From positions 1 through 25,005 of the forward strand of contig JBHIBG010000036.1 in assembly GCA_046758965.1 (NCBI GenBank): 25,005 bases of DNA, in the 5' to 3' direction. Shown piece after piece: positions 1 through 9,222 of the stretch. Source of the stretch: Candidatus Methylomirabilia bacterium (GTDB taxonomy: Bacteria; Methylomirabilota; Methylomirabilia; Rokubacteriales; CSP1-6). Every line of letters starts with the position of its first letter. Position 1 is the stretch's first letter. The notes under the pieces were generated by a model, which was not told where the DNA came from, ran no database searches, and saw only the letters and a list, made by a program, of their open reading frames with translations. The translations under genes and the position numbers were made by a program.

Positions 1-249
1 TGTCGCCAGATGATAGGGAATGTTTGGGAGTGGACAGCTTCAGCCTTTTACCCCTATCCAGGATTTATTGTGGATTCGCCGTATAAGGAATATTCGGCGC
101 CATGGTTTGGCTATCGCAAGGTGCTGAAAGGGGGAGCGTGGGCCACGCGCTCTCGACTCGCTTGCAATACGTATCGGAATTTTTTTCAACCTTACCGGCG
201 CGATATATTTGGCGGCTTTCGCACCTGCGCCCGCCAACGGGTGATATGA
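1..249 (+). CDS. Partial (3' end) SUMF1/FGE-sulfatase-domain protein of the EgtB/SenA (ergothioneine/selenoneine synthesis) family
   Basis: Frame is open from base 1. Contains GNVWEWT, YKEYSAPWF, VLKGGAWAT, YRNFF and GFRTC, typical of the C-terminal FGE-like domain of EgtB/SenA. Confidence 0.8.
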   Translation, partial: CRQMIGNVWEWTASAFYPYPGFIVDSPYKEYSAPWFGYRKVLKGGAWATRSRLACNTYRNFFQPYRRDIFGGFRTCARQRVI

Positions 250-467
250 CCAGGGGCCAAAATGACGGCGGCGAGGAGATCGGAGCGGTGGAGTCTGGGG
301 TTGTCCCCTATCTCCTTTTCGTGTGGGTCAACAGCAATGCGCCCACGGCCGATGGGAGATCCGTGGACTAGATGAATCCGGAGTCGAAATCAGCAGTGCC
401 AGCCCGTCGCTCGTGATCGAGCGGCCCCCTCCCCGACGGCTTTAGCAAAAATGGGCCAAATGACTTA

Positions 468-496
468 TTGACCAGATTCGTCCTGCGGCCTAGCGT
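468..496 (+). promoter_or_regulatory. Putative sigma70 promoter of the moaD-like operon
   Basis: TTGACC (468-473), 17-nt spacer, TAGCGT (491-496), about 30 nt upstream of the ATG at 528. Confidence 0.5.
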
Positions 497-527
497 GAGG
501 GAAAGTTTCTCCCATACTTAGAAGAAG

Positions 528-842
528 ATGACTATCCGGGTCTCGTTCATGGGGGTGATGAGGACAGTGACCCGCGAGACAGATGTCGGACTGTCTGCCG
601 CGCCTGGCGTCACGCTCCGCGAAGTCCTTGACAGCCTGGAGAGGCGGTACGGACCAGAATTCGGCCGTCGGGTGTTCCGCTCGCAGGTACCGCCCCGCCC
701 CCTGCAGATGCACACCCGGATTTTCGTCAACGGGAACCTGACGGACGAGGAAAAGCTGGATGAGCCCCTGCCGGTTGACGGCGGCGAGGCCGGGTGCCCA
801 GAGGTCTTGATCTACCTCATGCCAGCTGCAACGGGTGGATGA
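528..842 (+). CDS. MoaD/ThiS family ubiquitin-like sulfur carrier protein
   Basis: 104 aa with beta-grasp pattern (IRVSF, TLREVLDSL, IFVNG) and C-terminal PAATGG di-glycine; lies directly upstream of a molybdoenzyme. Confidence 0.85.
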   Translation: MTIRVSFMGVMRTVTRETDVGLSAAPGVTLREVLDSLERRYGPEFGRRVFRSQVPPRPLQMHTRIFVNGNLTDEEKLDEPLPVDGGEAGCPEVLIYLMPAATGG

Positions 843-853
843 CAGGAGGAGCC

Positions 854-3436
854 ATGCGTGGTCAGGCAAACAATGCTCGTGAGATTCGGGAAGATCGGTG
901 GATTCCGTCCGCCTGCAGCATCTGTTACGGCGGCTGCTCGGTCCGGGTCCACCGGGTCAACGGCACCGTGGTGAAAATCGAGGGAAATCCGGAGAGCCCC
1001 GTGGGGAACGGCCGGATCTGTGCGAAGGGCCTGAGCGGCATTATGGTCCTTTACGATCCGAACCGGCTCAATGTCCCGCTCCGGCGCACCAACCCTGTGA
1101 AAGGAGTCGGGGTGGACCCAGGATGGAGGCCGATCAGCTGGGACGAGGCGCTCGAGGAAATCGCGGTCCGCCTGGAGAAGATCCGGGCAGAGGATCCCCG
1201 CCAGCTCTCGCTCCAAGTGACGACTACCCTGGCGCCCTCATCGCTCTTCTTCTTCACCTTTGGATGGGCCTTTGGCACCCCCAATATGTGGGTGGCCGGG
1301 GGCGGAATCCACTGCGGCAACGGGGCCCACTCGGTGGGCGGCATCATGCACGGCTCGTGGTCCCTCGTTCCAGACTTCAAGCAGTGTAACTACGCCATCT
1401 ACTTCGGCGCCTCGAAGGGCCACTCCGCGGGACATGCCTCCACGCCGAACATGGAACTGGCCGCCGACGCCCGGGCCCGGGGGATGCGCTTGGTCGTAGT
1501 CGATCCCATGTGCAACTTCGCCGCGGCCAAGGCTAACGAATGGGTGCCGATCCGGGTCGGGACTGACGCCGCCCTCGCCATGGCCATGGTCAACTGCCTG
1601 CTGAATGAGTTCGGGATCTACGACGCGGAATACCTGAAGGCGAAGACCAACGGCTCCTACCTGGTCCGGCCTGACGGCACCCACGCCCGGGAACCCGAGT
1701 CCGGGAAGCCCCTCGTCTGGGACTCGGCGACCGGCTCTACGAAGACCTACGATGACCCGACGGTGAAGGACCCGGCCCTGCTCGGCGAGTGCGAGGTGGC
1801 GGGAGAGCTCTGCCGGCCGGCGTTCGAGCTCCTGAAGGAGCACGTGCGCCGCTATACGCCCGAGCGGGCGGAAGGGATCACGGGAGTGCGGACGCCTGTG
1901 GTCCGGCGGCTGGCCCGCGAGTTCGGGGAGGCCGCGCGCGTGGGGAGCACCATCGTCCTCGACGGTGTCCGGCTTCCGTACCGGCCCGCGGCGGCCATCT
2001 ACTTCCGCGGAGCCCAGGGGCACAAGAATTCCTCCCACAACTGTTTCGCGGTAGACCTGTTGAATCAGGTAGTCGGCGCCGCTGATGTGGTGGGTGGCGC
2101 GCTCGGTTTCAACCCCGTGTGCTACGGCCACCCGGAGACCGGCCGTCCCCGCTACGCGCCCCGGGCCGACCGGGACGGCCTGCTGACCCCCGGGACGTGG
2201 ATGCTGCCGCACCTGCCGTACCCGCCTGCGGAGCCCCGGCACCCGGACTCGATGGGGTTCATCGAGCTCTTCCCCCTCTCCCACGTCTCGCCTCTGATGG
2301 CCTCGGCCGACCAGGAGGAGTGGTGGCAACGGTTCGAGCTCCCGTACCGCCCGAAGATGCTGCTGAATTACGGCGCCAACTCCCTGATGAGCGTCGGCAA
2401 CAAGGAGACGGTGGCCGCCAGCCTGGCGAAGTTTGACTTCGTCGTCTCTTTCGACCTGTTTCTCAACGAGACGTCCGACTTCGCTGACATCATCCTGCCC
2501 GACGGCAGCTATCTGGAGGTGTTAGACCCGCGACCGAACTTCCCTTTCATCTTCAACCATCCGGCCGGACCGGGGCAGTGGGGGTGGCCGATCCGCCAGC
2601 CAGTGGTCCCGCTGACCCAGGAGCGCCGGAGCGCCCGGGAGGTGCTGCTGGACCTCGCCGGGCGTCTGGGGCTCCGGCCCGAGATGAACATGGCGCTGAA
2701 CGTCTTCTATGGCCTCGATGGCGCGTATCTGCTTGACCCGAAGCGGGCGTACACCTTTGAGGAGATCGCCGACCGGGAGCTCCAGCACAAGTTCGGCCCC
2801 GAACGAGGGCTCTCGTGGTTTAAGGAGCACGGCGTCATCACCTGGCCCAAGCGGGTGGAGGAGGTCTATTGGCGGCCGTTCCTGGACGTGCGCGTGCCGA
2901 TCTACTGGGAGTTCATGATCGAGCTGGGCCGGAAGATCCGGGAGATCGCCGGCTCCCGCGGGATGACGTTCGACCCAGCCTACTATAGCCCGCTGCCCGA
3001 GTGGCTGCCCTGTCCGACCCACACGGTGGAGGATCCCCGCTATGATCTATTCGCCTTCTACTACCGGGACGTCCTCCACACCAACGCCTTCACCATGCAG
3101 AACCCGTGGCTGGACGAGGCCTCACAGATGGACCCGTATACGTACAGGATCTCCCTCAATACGACGACGGCTCGCCGGCGTGGCATCGCCGATGGGGATC
3201 GGATCCGCGTGGAGTCCTCCGCGGGCCGGCGGGTCAGCGGACGCGCCAAGCTGACAGAGGGGATCCACCCCGAAGGGGTTGGCATCAGCGCCTGCGCCGG
3301 GCACTGGACCCGCCACCAGCCCATCGCTCAGGGGAAGGGGGTGTTCTTCAACGACCTCCTAGAGGTGGACTACAAGCACACCAGCCCGGTGAACCTGAAC
3401 CTGGATCTTTGCGCCAAGGTACGGGTCTTCAAATGA
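854..3436 (+). CDS. DMSO reductase family bis-MGD molybdoenzyme catalytic subunit (Psr/Arr/Pad-like), no Tat signal
   Basis: AGGAGG precedes ATG 854. N-terminal CSICYGGC...RICAKG [4Fe-4S] motif; GTPN...HC segment (likely Cys Mo ligand); VVVDP; GTDAALA; ETSDFADIILP; C-terminal molydop-binding domain (ARRRGIADGDRIRVES). Confidence 0.92.
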   Translation: MRGQANNAREIREDRWIPSACSICYGGCSVRVHRVNGTVVKIEGNPESPVGNGRICAKGLSGIMVLYDPNRLNVPLRRTNPVKGVGVDPGWRPISWDEALEEIAVRLEKIRAEDPRQLSLQVTTTLAPSSLFFFTFGWAFGTPNMWVAGGGIHCGNGAHSVGGIMHGSWSLVPDFKQCNYAIYFGASKGHSAGHASTPNMELAADARARGMRLVVVDPMCNFAAAKANEWVPIRVGTDAALAMAMVNCLLNEFGIYDAEYLKAKTNGSYLVRPDGTHAREPESGKPLVWDSATGSTKTYDDPTVKDPALLGECEVAGELCRPAFELLKEHVRRYTPERAEGITGVRTPVVRRLAREFGEAARVGSTIVLDGVRLPYRPAAAIYFRGAQGHKNSSHNCFAVDLLNQVVGAADVVGGALGFNPVCYGHPETGRPRYAPRADRDGLLTPGTWMLPHLPYPPAEPRHPDSMGFIELFPLSHVSPLMASADQEEWWQRFELPYRPKMLLNYGANSLMSVGNKETVAASLAKFDFVVSFDLFLNETSDFADIILPDGSYLEVLDPRPNFPFIFNHPAGPGQWGWPIRQPVVPLTQERRSAREVLLDLAGRLGLRPEMNMALNVFYGLDGAYLLDPKRAYTFEEIADRELQHKFGPERGLSWFKEHGVITWPKRVEEVYWRPFLDVRVPIYWEFMIELGRKIREIAGSRGMTFDPAYYSPLPEWLPCPTHTVEDPRYDLFAFYYRDVLHTNAFTMQNPWLDEASQMDPYTYRISLNTTTARRRGIADGDRIRVESSAGRRVSGRAKLTEGIHPEGVGISACAGHWTRHQPIAQGKGVFFNDLLEVDYKHTSPVNLNLDLCAKVRVFK

Positions 3437-4038
3437 GATATGGAATGGTGATCGACCTCAAGCGGTGCTTTGGCTGCTATAGCTGCCAGGTCAGCTGTAA
3501 GGCGGAGTACGCGACTCCCCCCGGCGTCTTCTTCGCCCGGGTGGTCAAGCGCGAGAGCGGGACCTATCCGAACGTGAGGAAGATTTTTCAGCCCATGCTC
3601 TGCATGCACTGCGAGATCCCGCCGTGCGAGGAGGTTTGCCCGACCGGAGCGACATTCAAGCGTCCCGACGGTATTGTTGAGATCGACCATGACATCTGCG
3701 CGGGCTGCCGCTACTGCATCCAGGCCTGCCCCTACGAGGCCCGGTATTACCATGCCAAAGAGCGCTTCTATTTCGGCCGGCAGGGCCCGACCGAGTACGA
3801 GGCTCGGGGCTACCAGCAGCATCAGACGGGCGTCGTCATGAAGTGCAACTTCTGCGTCCACCGTCTTGAGCGGGGAGAGCTGCCCAGCTGCGTCGTGACG
3901 TGCCCGGCTAACGCGCGGACGTTTGGTGATCTGGACGACCCCAACAGCGAGGTCAACCGGCTCATTAAGGATCGTGGCGGGGCACCGCTCCACCCCGAAC
4001 TCGGGACTGCTCCGTCGGTGTACTACCTGCCGGCGTAG
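3433..4038 (+). CDS. Four-cluster [4Fe-4S] electron transfer subunit (NrfC/PsrB/DmsB family)
   Basis: ATGA overlap with the upstream gene. MRYGMVIDLKRCFGCYSCQVSC, CMHCEIPPCEEVCP, CAGCRYCIQACP, KCNFC...CVVTCP. Confidence 0.95.
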   Translation: MRYGMVIDLKRCFGCYSCQVSCKAEYATPPGVFFARVVKRESGTYPNVRKIFQPMLCMHCEIPPCEEVCPTGATFKRPDGIVEIDHDICAGCRYCIQACPYEARYYHAKERFYFGRQGPTEYEARGYQQHQTGVVMKCNFCVHRLERGELPSCVVTCPANARTFGDLDDPNSEVNRLIKDRGGAPLHPELGTAPSVYYLPA

Positions 4039-4053
4039 ACGGGGAGGCCGCCC

Positions 4054-4956
4054 ATGAAACTGCTTACAGACCCGTTCGACGTCCTCCTCCAGGACTTTCA
4101 GGAGACCGCCCGTCCCCAGCGGGAGTGGGTGGACCGGCGGGGGATCCTGCTTATCAGCGGCCACTTCCTGTCCGGGGTAGGCGCCGGAGGATGGGTCTTT
4201 TCCAGCATCCTCGACTTTCTGCCAGGTGAGGTGGCCAGCATCTGCCTCGTGGCGCTGAGCGGACTCGCTCATCTCCTCTTCCTCGGTCGGCCGAAGCGCT
4301 TCTGGCGGATGGTCCGGGTGCAGTCGTCGTGGGTGAGCCGCGGGTTCATGGGGATGACCCTTTTCCTGCTGGCGGCGACGGCCTATCTGGTCCTCACGCT
4401 GAGCGGAGATGGCGCTCTCGGGATGCCCGGTCGGATACTCTGGATCCTCTCCCTGATCGGGGCGGGCGTGATCATGCTTTACAAGGGCAACGTCTACGCG
4501 GTGTGCCGGGCGATCCCGTTCTGGAACTCCCCTCTCCTGCCCGTCCTCTACGTCGCCTATGCGATCCGGGGGGGCGTGGCGCTGCTCATGCTCTTCCTGC
4601 CTTGGGATGGGGTGCGCGTCCATCTCGGACTCCTCGAGATACTCGAGCTGTGGGTTGGCGTGTCGGTTGGGATGTGCATCCTCTTCTACCTGACGATCAT
4701 GGCGGGCTCGTCCCTCGACGGGCGTCGCTCGGTAGACGACCTCCTGCGCGGACGGGTCGCCACCTTCTTCTACGTCGGCGTGGTCCTGGCTGGATTTGTG
4801 GTGCCGGTCGTCATCGGGGTCTGGAACGTCATCACGCCTGTGTCGCTGGGAATGCTCGCCCTGGTGGGAGCCTTCTCACTGGTGGGTGACTTCTACGTGA
4901 AGCTCTCGATCGCCAAGGCGGGGCGGTATATCCCGCCCGTGGCTCTCGCGCGATGA
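4054..4956 (+). CDS. NrfD/PsrC/DmsC-family membrane anchor subunit
   Basis: GGAGG RBS; about eight hydrophobic segments; LGRPKRFWRM and SSWVSRG motifs; third gene of the triad. Confidence 0.88.
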   Translation: MKLLTDPFDVLLQDFQETARPQREWVDRRGILLISGHFLSGVGAGGWVFSSILDFLPGEVASICLVALSGLAHLLFLGRPKRFWRMVRVQSSWVSRGFMGMTLFLLAATAYLVLTLSGDGALGMPGRILWILSLIGAGVIMLYKGNVYAVCRAIPFWNSPLLPVLYVAYAIRGGVALLMLFLPWDGVRVHLGLLEILELWVGVSVGMCILFYLTIMAGSSLDGRRSVDDLLRGRVATFFYVGVVLAGFVVPVVIGVWNVITPVSLGMLALVGAFSLVGDFYVKLSIAKAGRYIPPVALAR

Positions 4957-5744
4957 CGGAGAGCACCTTGGACGGTTTACAGGGGCACGGGGGGGACTCG
5001 CCTCCGACGAAGCAGGCGGGGGTCATGTTTAGTCGAAAACTCCCGCTCTGGTATCAGCTCGCCCAGATCCTGCGGGCGGGGATCTTGGGGGGGCAGTTCC
5101 CTCCGGCCTCCCGGGTTGCTCCCGAGGTGCGGTTGGCACGGCAGTATCGAGTCAGCGTCGTGACAGTCCGTCAGGCCCTGAAGTCACTGGAGGAGGAAGG
5201 GCTCATTTCCCGTCAGCGCGGCCGAGGCACCTTCGTGAACCCCGAATGCCCTCCCCGGAAGGAGCTCAAGCTGATGGGCACCGTGGAGACAGTGATTGCG
5301 CAGCAGTTCAGCGAGGAAACCATTGTGCTGGAGCAGAGCCTCATCTCTGTCCCTCCGCATCTCGCTCCTCTTTTTGGGGCTGAGCGCGAGGTGAGTTTTT
5401 TCCGGCGGCTCCGCCAGGAGCAGGGAGCCCCCCTGAGCTATGCCCTCAACTACGTCGTTCCCCAGTACGGGCACCAGATTCCGGTAGGGGCCCTCCGGCG
5501 CTATCCGATGCTGAAGATCCTGCGGGACGTCATCGGGGTCAAGCTCAAGGAGGTCCAGATCTCAGTGGAAGCCCAGGTCGTGCCCCCGGAGGTTGCGAAG
5601 CCGCTGGAGGTGGACCTGCTCAGCCCGATCCTCTTCTTCTCCGGTATTGTGTACGATCAGCGCCAGCGGGTCGTCGACCTGGATTGCATTTACTACCGGG
5701 CGGACCGCTTCAAATTCACGCTAGATCTCGAAGTGAGCCGGTGA
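4953..5744 (+). CDS. GntR (HutC/UTRA) transcriptional regulator; alternative start at 5025
   Basis: PLWYQLAQILR...LARQYRVSVVTVRQALKSLEEEGLISRQRGRGTFV winged HTH; C-terminal UTRA ending YYRADRFKF. Confidence 0.93.
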   Translation: MTESTLDGLQGHGGDSPPTKQAGVMFSRKLPLWYQLAQILRAGILGGQFPPASRVAPEVRLARQYRVSVVTVRQALKSLEEEGLISRQRGRGTFVNPECPPRKELKLMGTVETVIAQQFSEETIVLEQSLISVPPHLAPLFGAEREVSFFRRLRQEQGAPLSYALNYVVPQYGHQIPVGALRRYPMLKILRDVIGVKLKEVQISVEAQVVPPEVAKPLEVDLLSPILFFSGIVYDQRQRVVDLDCIYYRADRFKFTLDLEVSR

Positions 5745-5887
5745 GGGGGCGCCACGACGCTCGCGACCATTCAGGTTTCGGCGCCTGGTCCGTGACTTGA
5801 GGGGCCCAGCGCACTTTTTTCGAGGACAACAAGGTGTTGCATGGAATGGAGATCATGGCCACGCACGTGCTCTTGGCCTCCCGGTAG

Positions 5888-6712
5888 ATGTCCTGCGGCG
5901 CTCGACGCAACCTGGAGGCGAACGGGCTCACGCTGGCGCTGTTCGAGTGGGGGCGGGCGGAGGCCCCGCCCCTCCTCTTACTGCACTCGCTTGCAGCTCA
6001 TAGCCATTGGTGGGACTGGGCCGCGTCACTCTGGGCAGGCCGGCGACGCGTAATTGCGCTCGACTTCCGGGGCCACGGTGCCAGCGCTCACGCGGTTCCC
6101 GCCGTGTACGCGTTTGACGACTACGCCGCCGACACGCTGGCGGCGCTCGACGCTCTCGGCCTCGCCCATCCGGTGGTCGTGGGGCACTCCATGGGCGCGT
6201 ATGTTGCTGCCTACGTGGCCTCCCTCCACCCAGAGCGCGTCCGGGCACTGGTCATCGCCGATATGCTGACGGGGTGGACCCCGGAGCAGGCAGAGGGGGC
6301 GAAACGCCAGGCCGCTCGCCCGGCACCCCAGTTCGCGAACTGGGCGGAAGCGAGAGATCGCTTCAAGTTCCAGCCGCCGGCAACCCGCGCCCCCGGCGAC
6401 CGCATCCGGCACCTGGCCGAGGCGAGTGTCCAGCAGACGGCGCCGGGCGTGTGGCAGCTTGCTTTCGACCGGTCGGTGTTTCTGCACCCGCCGGTCAATC
6501 CCTGGCCGTTCCTCCCCGCCGTCGTGTGCCCCACGCTGGTGATTCACGGGGAGGGAAGCACCATCATGGACCGGCGGGCCGCTGAGCGCGTGGCGGCTGC
6601 GGTCGGGCGCGGGAGCGTGGTCACCCTTACGGGAACCTTCCATCACCTCATGCTGGACGACCCGGCCGGCTTTGTCGCGGTTGTTGACGGGTGGTTGACC
6701 GCTGCTCACTAA
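5888..6712 (+). CDS. Alpha/beta fold hydrolase
   Basis: LLLLH, DFRGHGAS, nucleophile elbow GHSMG, PTLVIHG, catalytic His region HHLMLDDP. Confidence 0.92.
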   Translation: MSCGARRNLEANGLTLALFEWGRAEAPPLLLLHSLAAHSHWWDWAASLWAGRRRVIALDFRGHGASAHAVPAVYAFDDYAADTLAALDALGLAHPVVVGHSMGAYVAAYVASLHPERVRALVIADMLTGWTPEQAEGAKRQAARPAPQFANWAEARDRFKFQPPATRAPGDRIRHLAEASVQQTAPGVWQLAFDRSVFLHPPVNPWPFLPAVVCPTLVIHGEGSTIMDRRAAERVAAAVGRGSVVTLTGTFHHLMLDDPAGFVAVVDGWLTAAH

Positions 6713-6769
6713 CCAGGTCCGCGGGCTGGAAGGCACATGAGAGATCGAGTGCCTCACTGCATAAGTTAT

Positions 6770-6778
6770 TGGTATGAT
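6770..6778 (+). promoter_or_regulatory. Possible extended -10 promoter for the two-component operon
   Basis: TG-G-TATGAT in an AT-rich patch about 55 nt upstream of ATG 6832. Confidence 0.35.
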
Positions 6779-6831
6779 TGAACGGGACGGGTTGAGCGAG
6801 GTCGCAACGTCTTTGCGAGTCACCCCATTCG

Positions 6832-9222
6832 ATGATCAACGTCAATAAGCTGTTCCGCCGACTCTCCATCCGGTCCAAGCTGGTCATCGCCTTCTGTCTC
6901 TTCGGGGTGGTCCCCGTGTCGGTGGTGGGCGGGTATGGCGCCTTCCACTCGTTCTGGCTGCTGAACGACGCTGTCCAGGAGGGCCTGAAGGCCGGGGTCG
7001 CGATGAAGGCCGAGGAGATCCAGCGCCTCCTCGACCGGGTGAAAGGGGACGTCCTCTTCCTGAGCCGTCTGCCCACCCTTCAGGCTCTCGTCAACCTGAA
7101 GCCGGAAGCCCACGAGGAACGGCGGCGTCTGCTCGCCCGCCTGGGCGAGGAATTTCTCTCTTTCTCTCGCTCCCACCCGGTCTACTACCAGGTCCGCTAC
7201 ATCGATGAGCGCGGGAGAGAAGCCGTCCGGGCCGATTTCGACGGGCAGGGTCACCATCTGGTGCCGCCCGACCAACTTCAACACAAAGGAGATCGTTACT
7301 ATTTCAGGGAGGCCATGGCGACACCTCCCGGAGCCATCTATGTCTCCCCCATGGACCTCAACATCGAGTGGGGGGCCGTGGAACTCCCCCGGAAGCCGGT
7401 CGTCCGCTACGCCGTCCCCCTTCGGAGCGCCAGGGAGGAGCCGCGAGGGATCGTGATTCTCAACATCTATGCCTCCCGCATCCTGAGTCACGTCCTGGCC
7501 CTGGGGGAAAAGGGAGAGGTGTCCCTGGCCAGTTCGACGGGCTTCTACCTCTTGAAGTCCAATTGGGTGGGCGAGAGCCGCACCTCCTCAGGTGCTGACT
7601 CTCTTCCTTTCCCCTCCTGGTTGGCCTCTTACTCGGAGCAACTTCGCCCCGAGGAGTTCTCGGATGGCCTGCCTGACGGGGCGGTGATGGAGGACTACCC
7701 TTCAGACCTGGCCTCCGCCATCTTCTCGGGGGAGATCGGGACCGCTGTGGAGCCTGGCCTCCGTGGCCGGATCGTGGCGTTTGCCCCGATCTTCCCTCAC
7801 CTAGACCGCCAGGAGGAGTTCTGGGTGGCGGTTCACGCGTACCGGAAGTTAGAGGTGCTCTCCTCCCTGCGGGCCCTCCAGTTCCTCGTGCTGCTGCTGG
7901 GCGGAGCAGTCCTCGTCGTGGCTCTCGTGGCGGGCGTTGCCGCCGCCCGGCATTTTACCCGCCCGATCACTGCCTTGATCAGAGGCGCCGAGGCCGTCGC
8001 TGCAGGGGACTTCGATCGCCCCATCCGGGTCGAGACCAACGACGAGCTGGAGGACCTGAGCCATCAGTTCACTCAGATGGCCACCCGCCTGAAGGAGCAC
8101 GAGCGACAGCTCAGGGAGGCGCGGGGCCGGGCCGAGCGAAGGGCCCAGGAGACACAGGCCCTGAACCGTATCGGGATGGAGGTGCTGACGCTTCTCTCCC
8201 TCCCCGAGATCCTCCAGCTCGTGGTGGACAAGGCGCGGGAGCTCCTCAAGGGAGATCTGGCCATCCTCTGCCTGGACGAGTCTGACCACGGGCTCCGGTT
8301 GGGCGCCGTGAGCGGATCAGCTGAGGCACTCCAGTTCCACCCCGGGGATCTCATCCCGGCCCTCACATGCGACAGGGTCAGCTGCCAGGAGGCTCGGTGC
8401 CCGGTTGTCTCTGGCGCGGCGTTCGGGAGCCATGTAGGAGTCGTGATGAGGAGTGAAGAACGGGTGGTGGGTTACCTCTGCGTGGGCCACCACGAGACCC
8501 GGCCGGTGGGCTCCGACGAGCTGGAATTCCTCTCCGGCCTCGCCAACCAGGCTACGATCGCGATCGAGAAAGCCCGTCTCCACCGAGAGGTAAGGGAGCT
8601 GGCGAGGCTTGAGGAGCGGGAACGGATCGGCCAGGATCTTCACGATGGGATTATCCAGTCCATCTACGCCACGGGCCTCGGCCTCGAGGAGTGCCTGAAG
8701 CTCGTCGGCGGGGTGCCACAGGAAGTGGGCCCGAAGCTCATGGAAGCGATTCAGAGCCTCAACGTCGTGATCCGCGATGTGAGGAACTATGTGGTGGGCC
8801 TCCAGCCCGAGGAGCTTCATGGCCGCGGGTTGAGCGGTGCCCTGGCCGATCTCAGCCGAGGCCTGGTTCTCAACGCCCTGCTCAACGCTGAGCTCGAGGT
8901 GGAGCCCGGGACTGACGAGGCCCTCAGCCCCGACCAAGCCGCCAACCTCTTCCAGATCTCTCGGGAGGCGCTGACGAACGTGGTGAAGCACGCGGGCGCC
9001 TCTCAGGTCATCCTGACCCTGCGGAGGGCGGACGGCGTGGTCTGTCTCGCGGTGGAGGACGACGGCGCGGGGTTCGATCCCGACCTTTGGGGAGGCGGGG
9101 GCCAGGGATTGCGCAACATGGGGGAGCGGGCGCGACGCCTGGGCGGGTCGCTCAGCGTCGAGAGCGCGCCAGGCCGCGGGACACGGATCAGGGTGGAGAT
9201 CCCGCTGGCGGAGCCCGCATGA
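6832..9222 (+). CDS. Membrane sensor histidine kinase (Cache - HAMP - GAF - HisKA_3 - HATPase; NarX/DevS type)
   Basis: Two TM segments flank a Cache-like domain (YYQVRYIDERGRE, KGDRYYF, YVSPMDLN). HAMP (TRPITAL...TNDELEDL), GAF (ELEFLSGLANQATIAIE), H-box ERERIGQDLHDGIIQ, EALTNVVKHA, DDGAGF, GQGLRNMGERA. Confidence 0.95.
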   Translation: MINVNKLFRRLSIRSKLVIAFCLFGVVPVSVVGGYGAFHSFWLLNDAVQEGLKAGVAMKAEEIQRLLDRVKGDVLFLSRLPTLQALVNLKPEAHEERRRLLARLGEEFLSFSRSHPVYYQVRYIDERGREAVRADFDGQGHHLVPPDQLQHKGDRYYFREAMATPPGAIYVSPMDLNIEWGAVELPRKPVVRYAVPLRSAREEPRGIVILNIYASRILSHVLALGEKGEVSLASSTGFYLLKSNWVGESRTSSGADSLPFPSWLASYSEQLRPEEFSDGLPDGAVMEDYPSDLASAIFSGEIGTAVEPGLRGRIVAFAPIFPHLDRQEEFWVAVHAYRKLEVLSSLRALQFLVLLLGGAVLVVALVAGVAAARHFTRPITALIRGAEAVAAGDFDRPIRVETNDELEDLSHQFTQMATRLKEHERQLREARGRAERRAQETQALNRIGMEVLTLLSLPEILQLVVDKARELLKGDLAILCLDESDHGLRLGAVSGSAEALQFHPGDLIPALTCDRVSCQEARCPVVSGAAFGSHVGVVMRSEERVVGYLCVGHHETRPVGSDELEFLSGLANQATIAIEKARLHREVRELARLEERERIGQDLHDGIIQSIYATGLGLEECLKLVGGVPQEVGPKLMEAIQSLNVVIRDVRNYVVGLQPEELHGRGLSGALADLSRGLVLNALLNAELEVEPGTDEALSPDQAANLFQISREALTNVVKHAGASQVILTLRRADGVVCLAVEDDGAGFDPDLWGGGGQGLRNMGERARRLGGSLSVESAPGRGTRIRVEIPLAEPA

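Noticed and set aside
5855..5887. In-frame TAG just before the hydrolase ATG (similarly at 10129) as pyrrolysine readthrough
   Set aside because: Both downstream genes are complete from their own ATG, TAG is used as a normal stop elsewhere, and no pyl genes are present.
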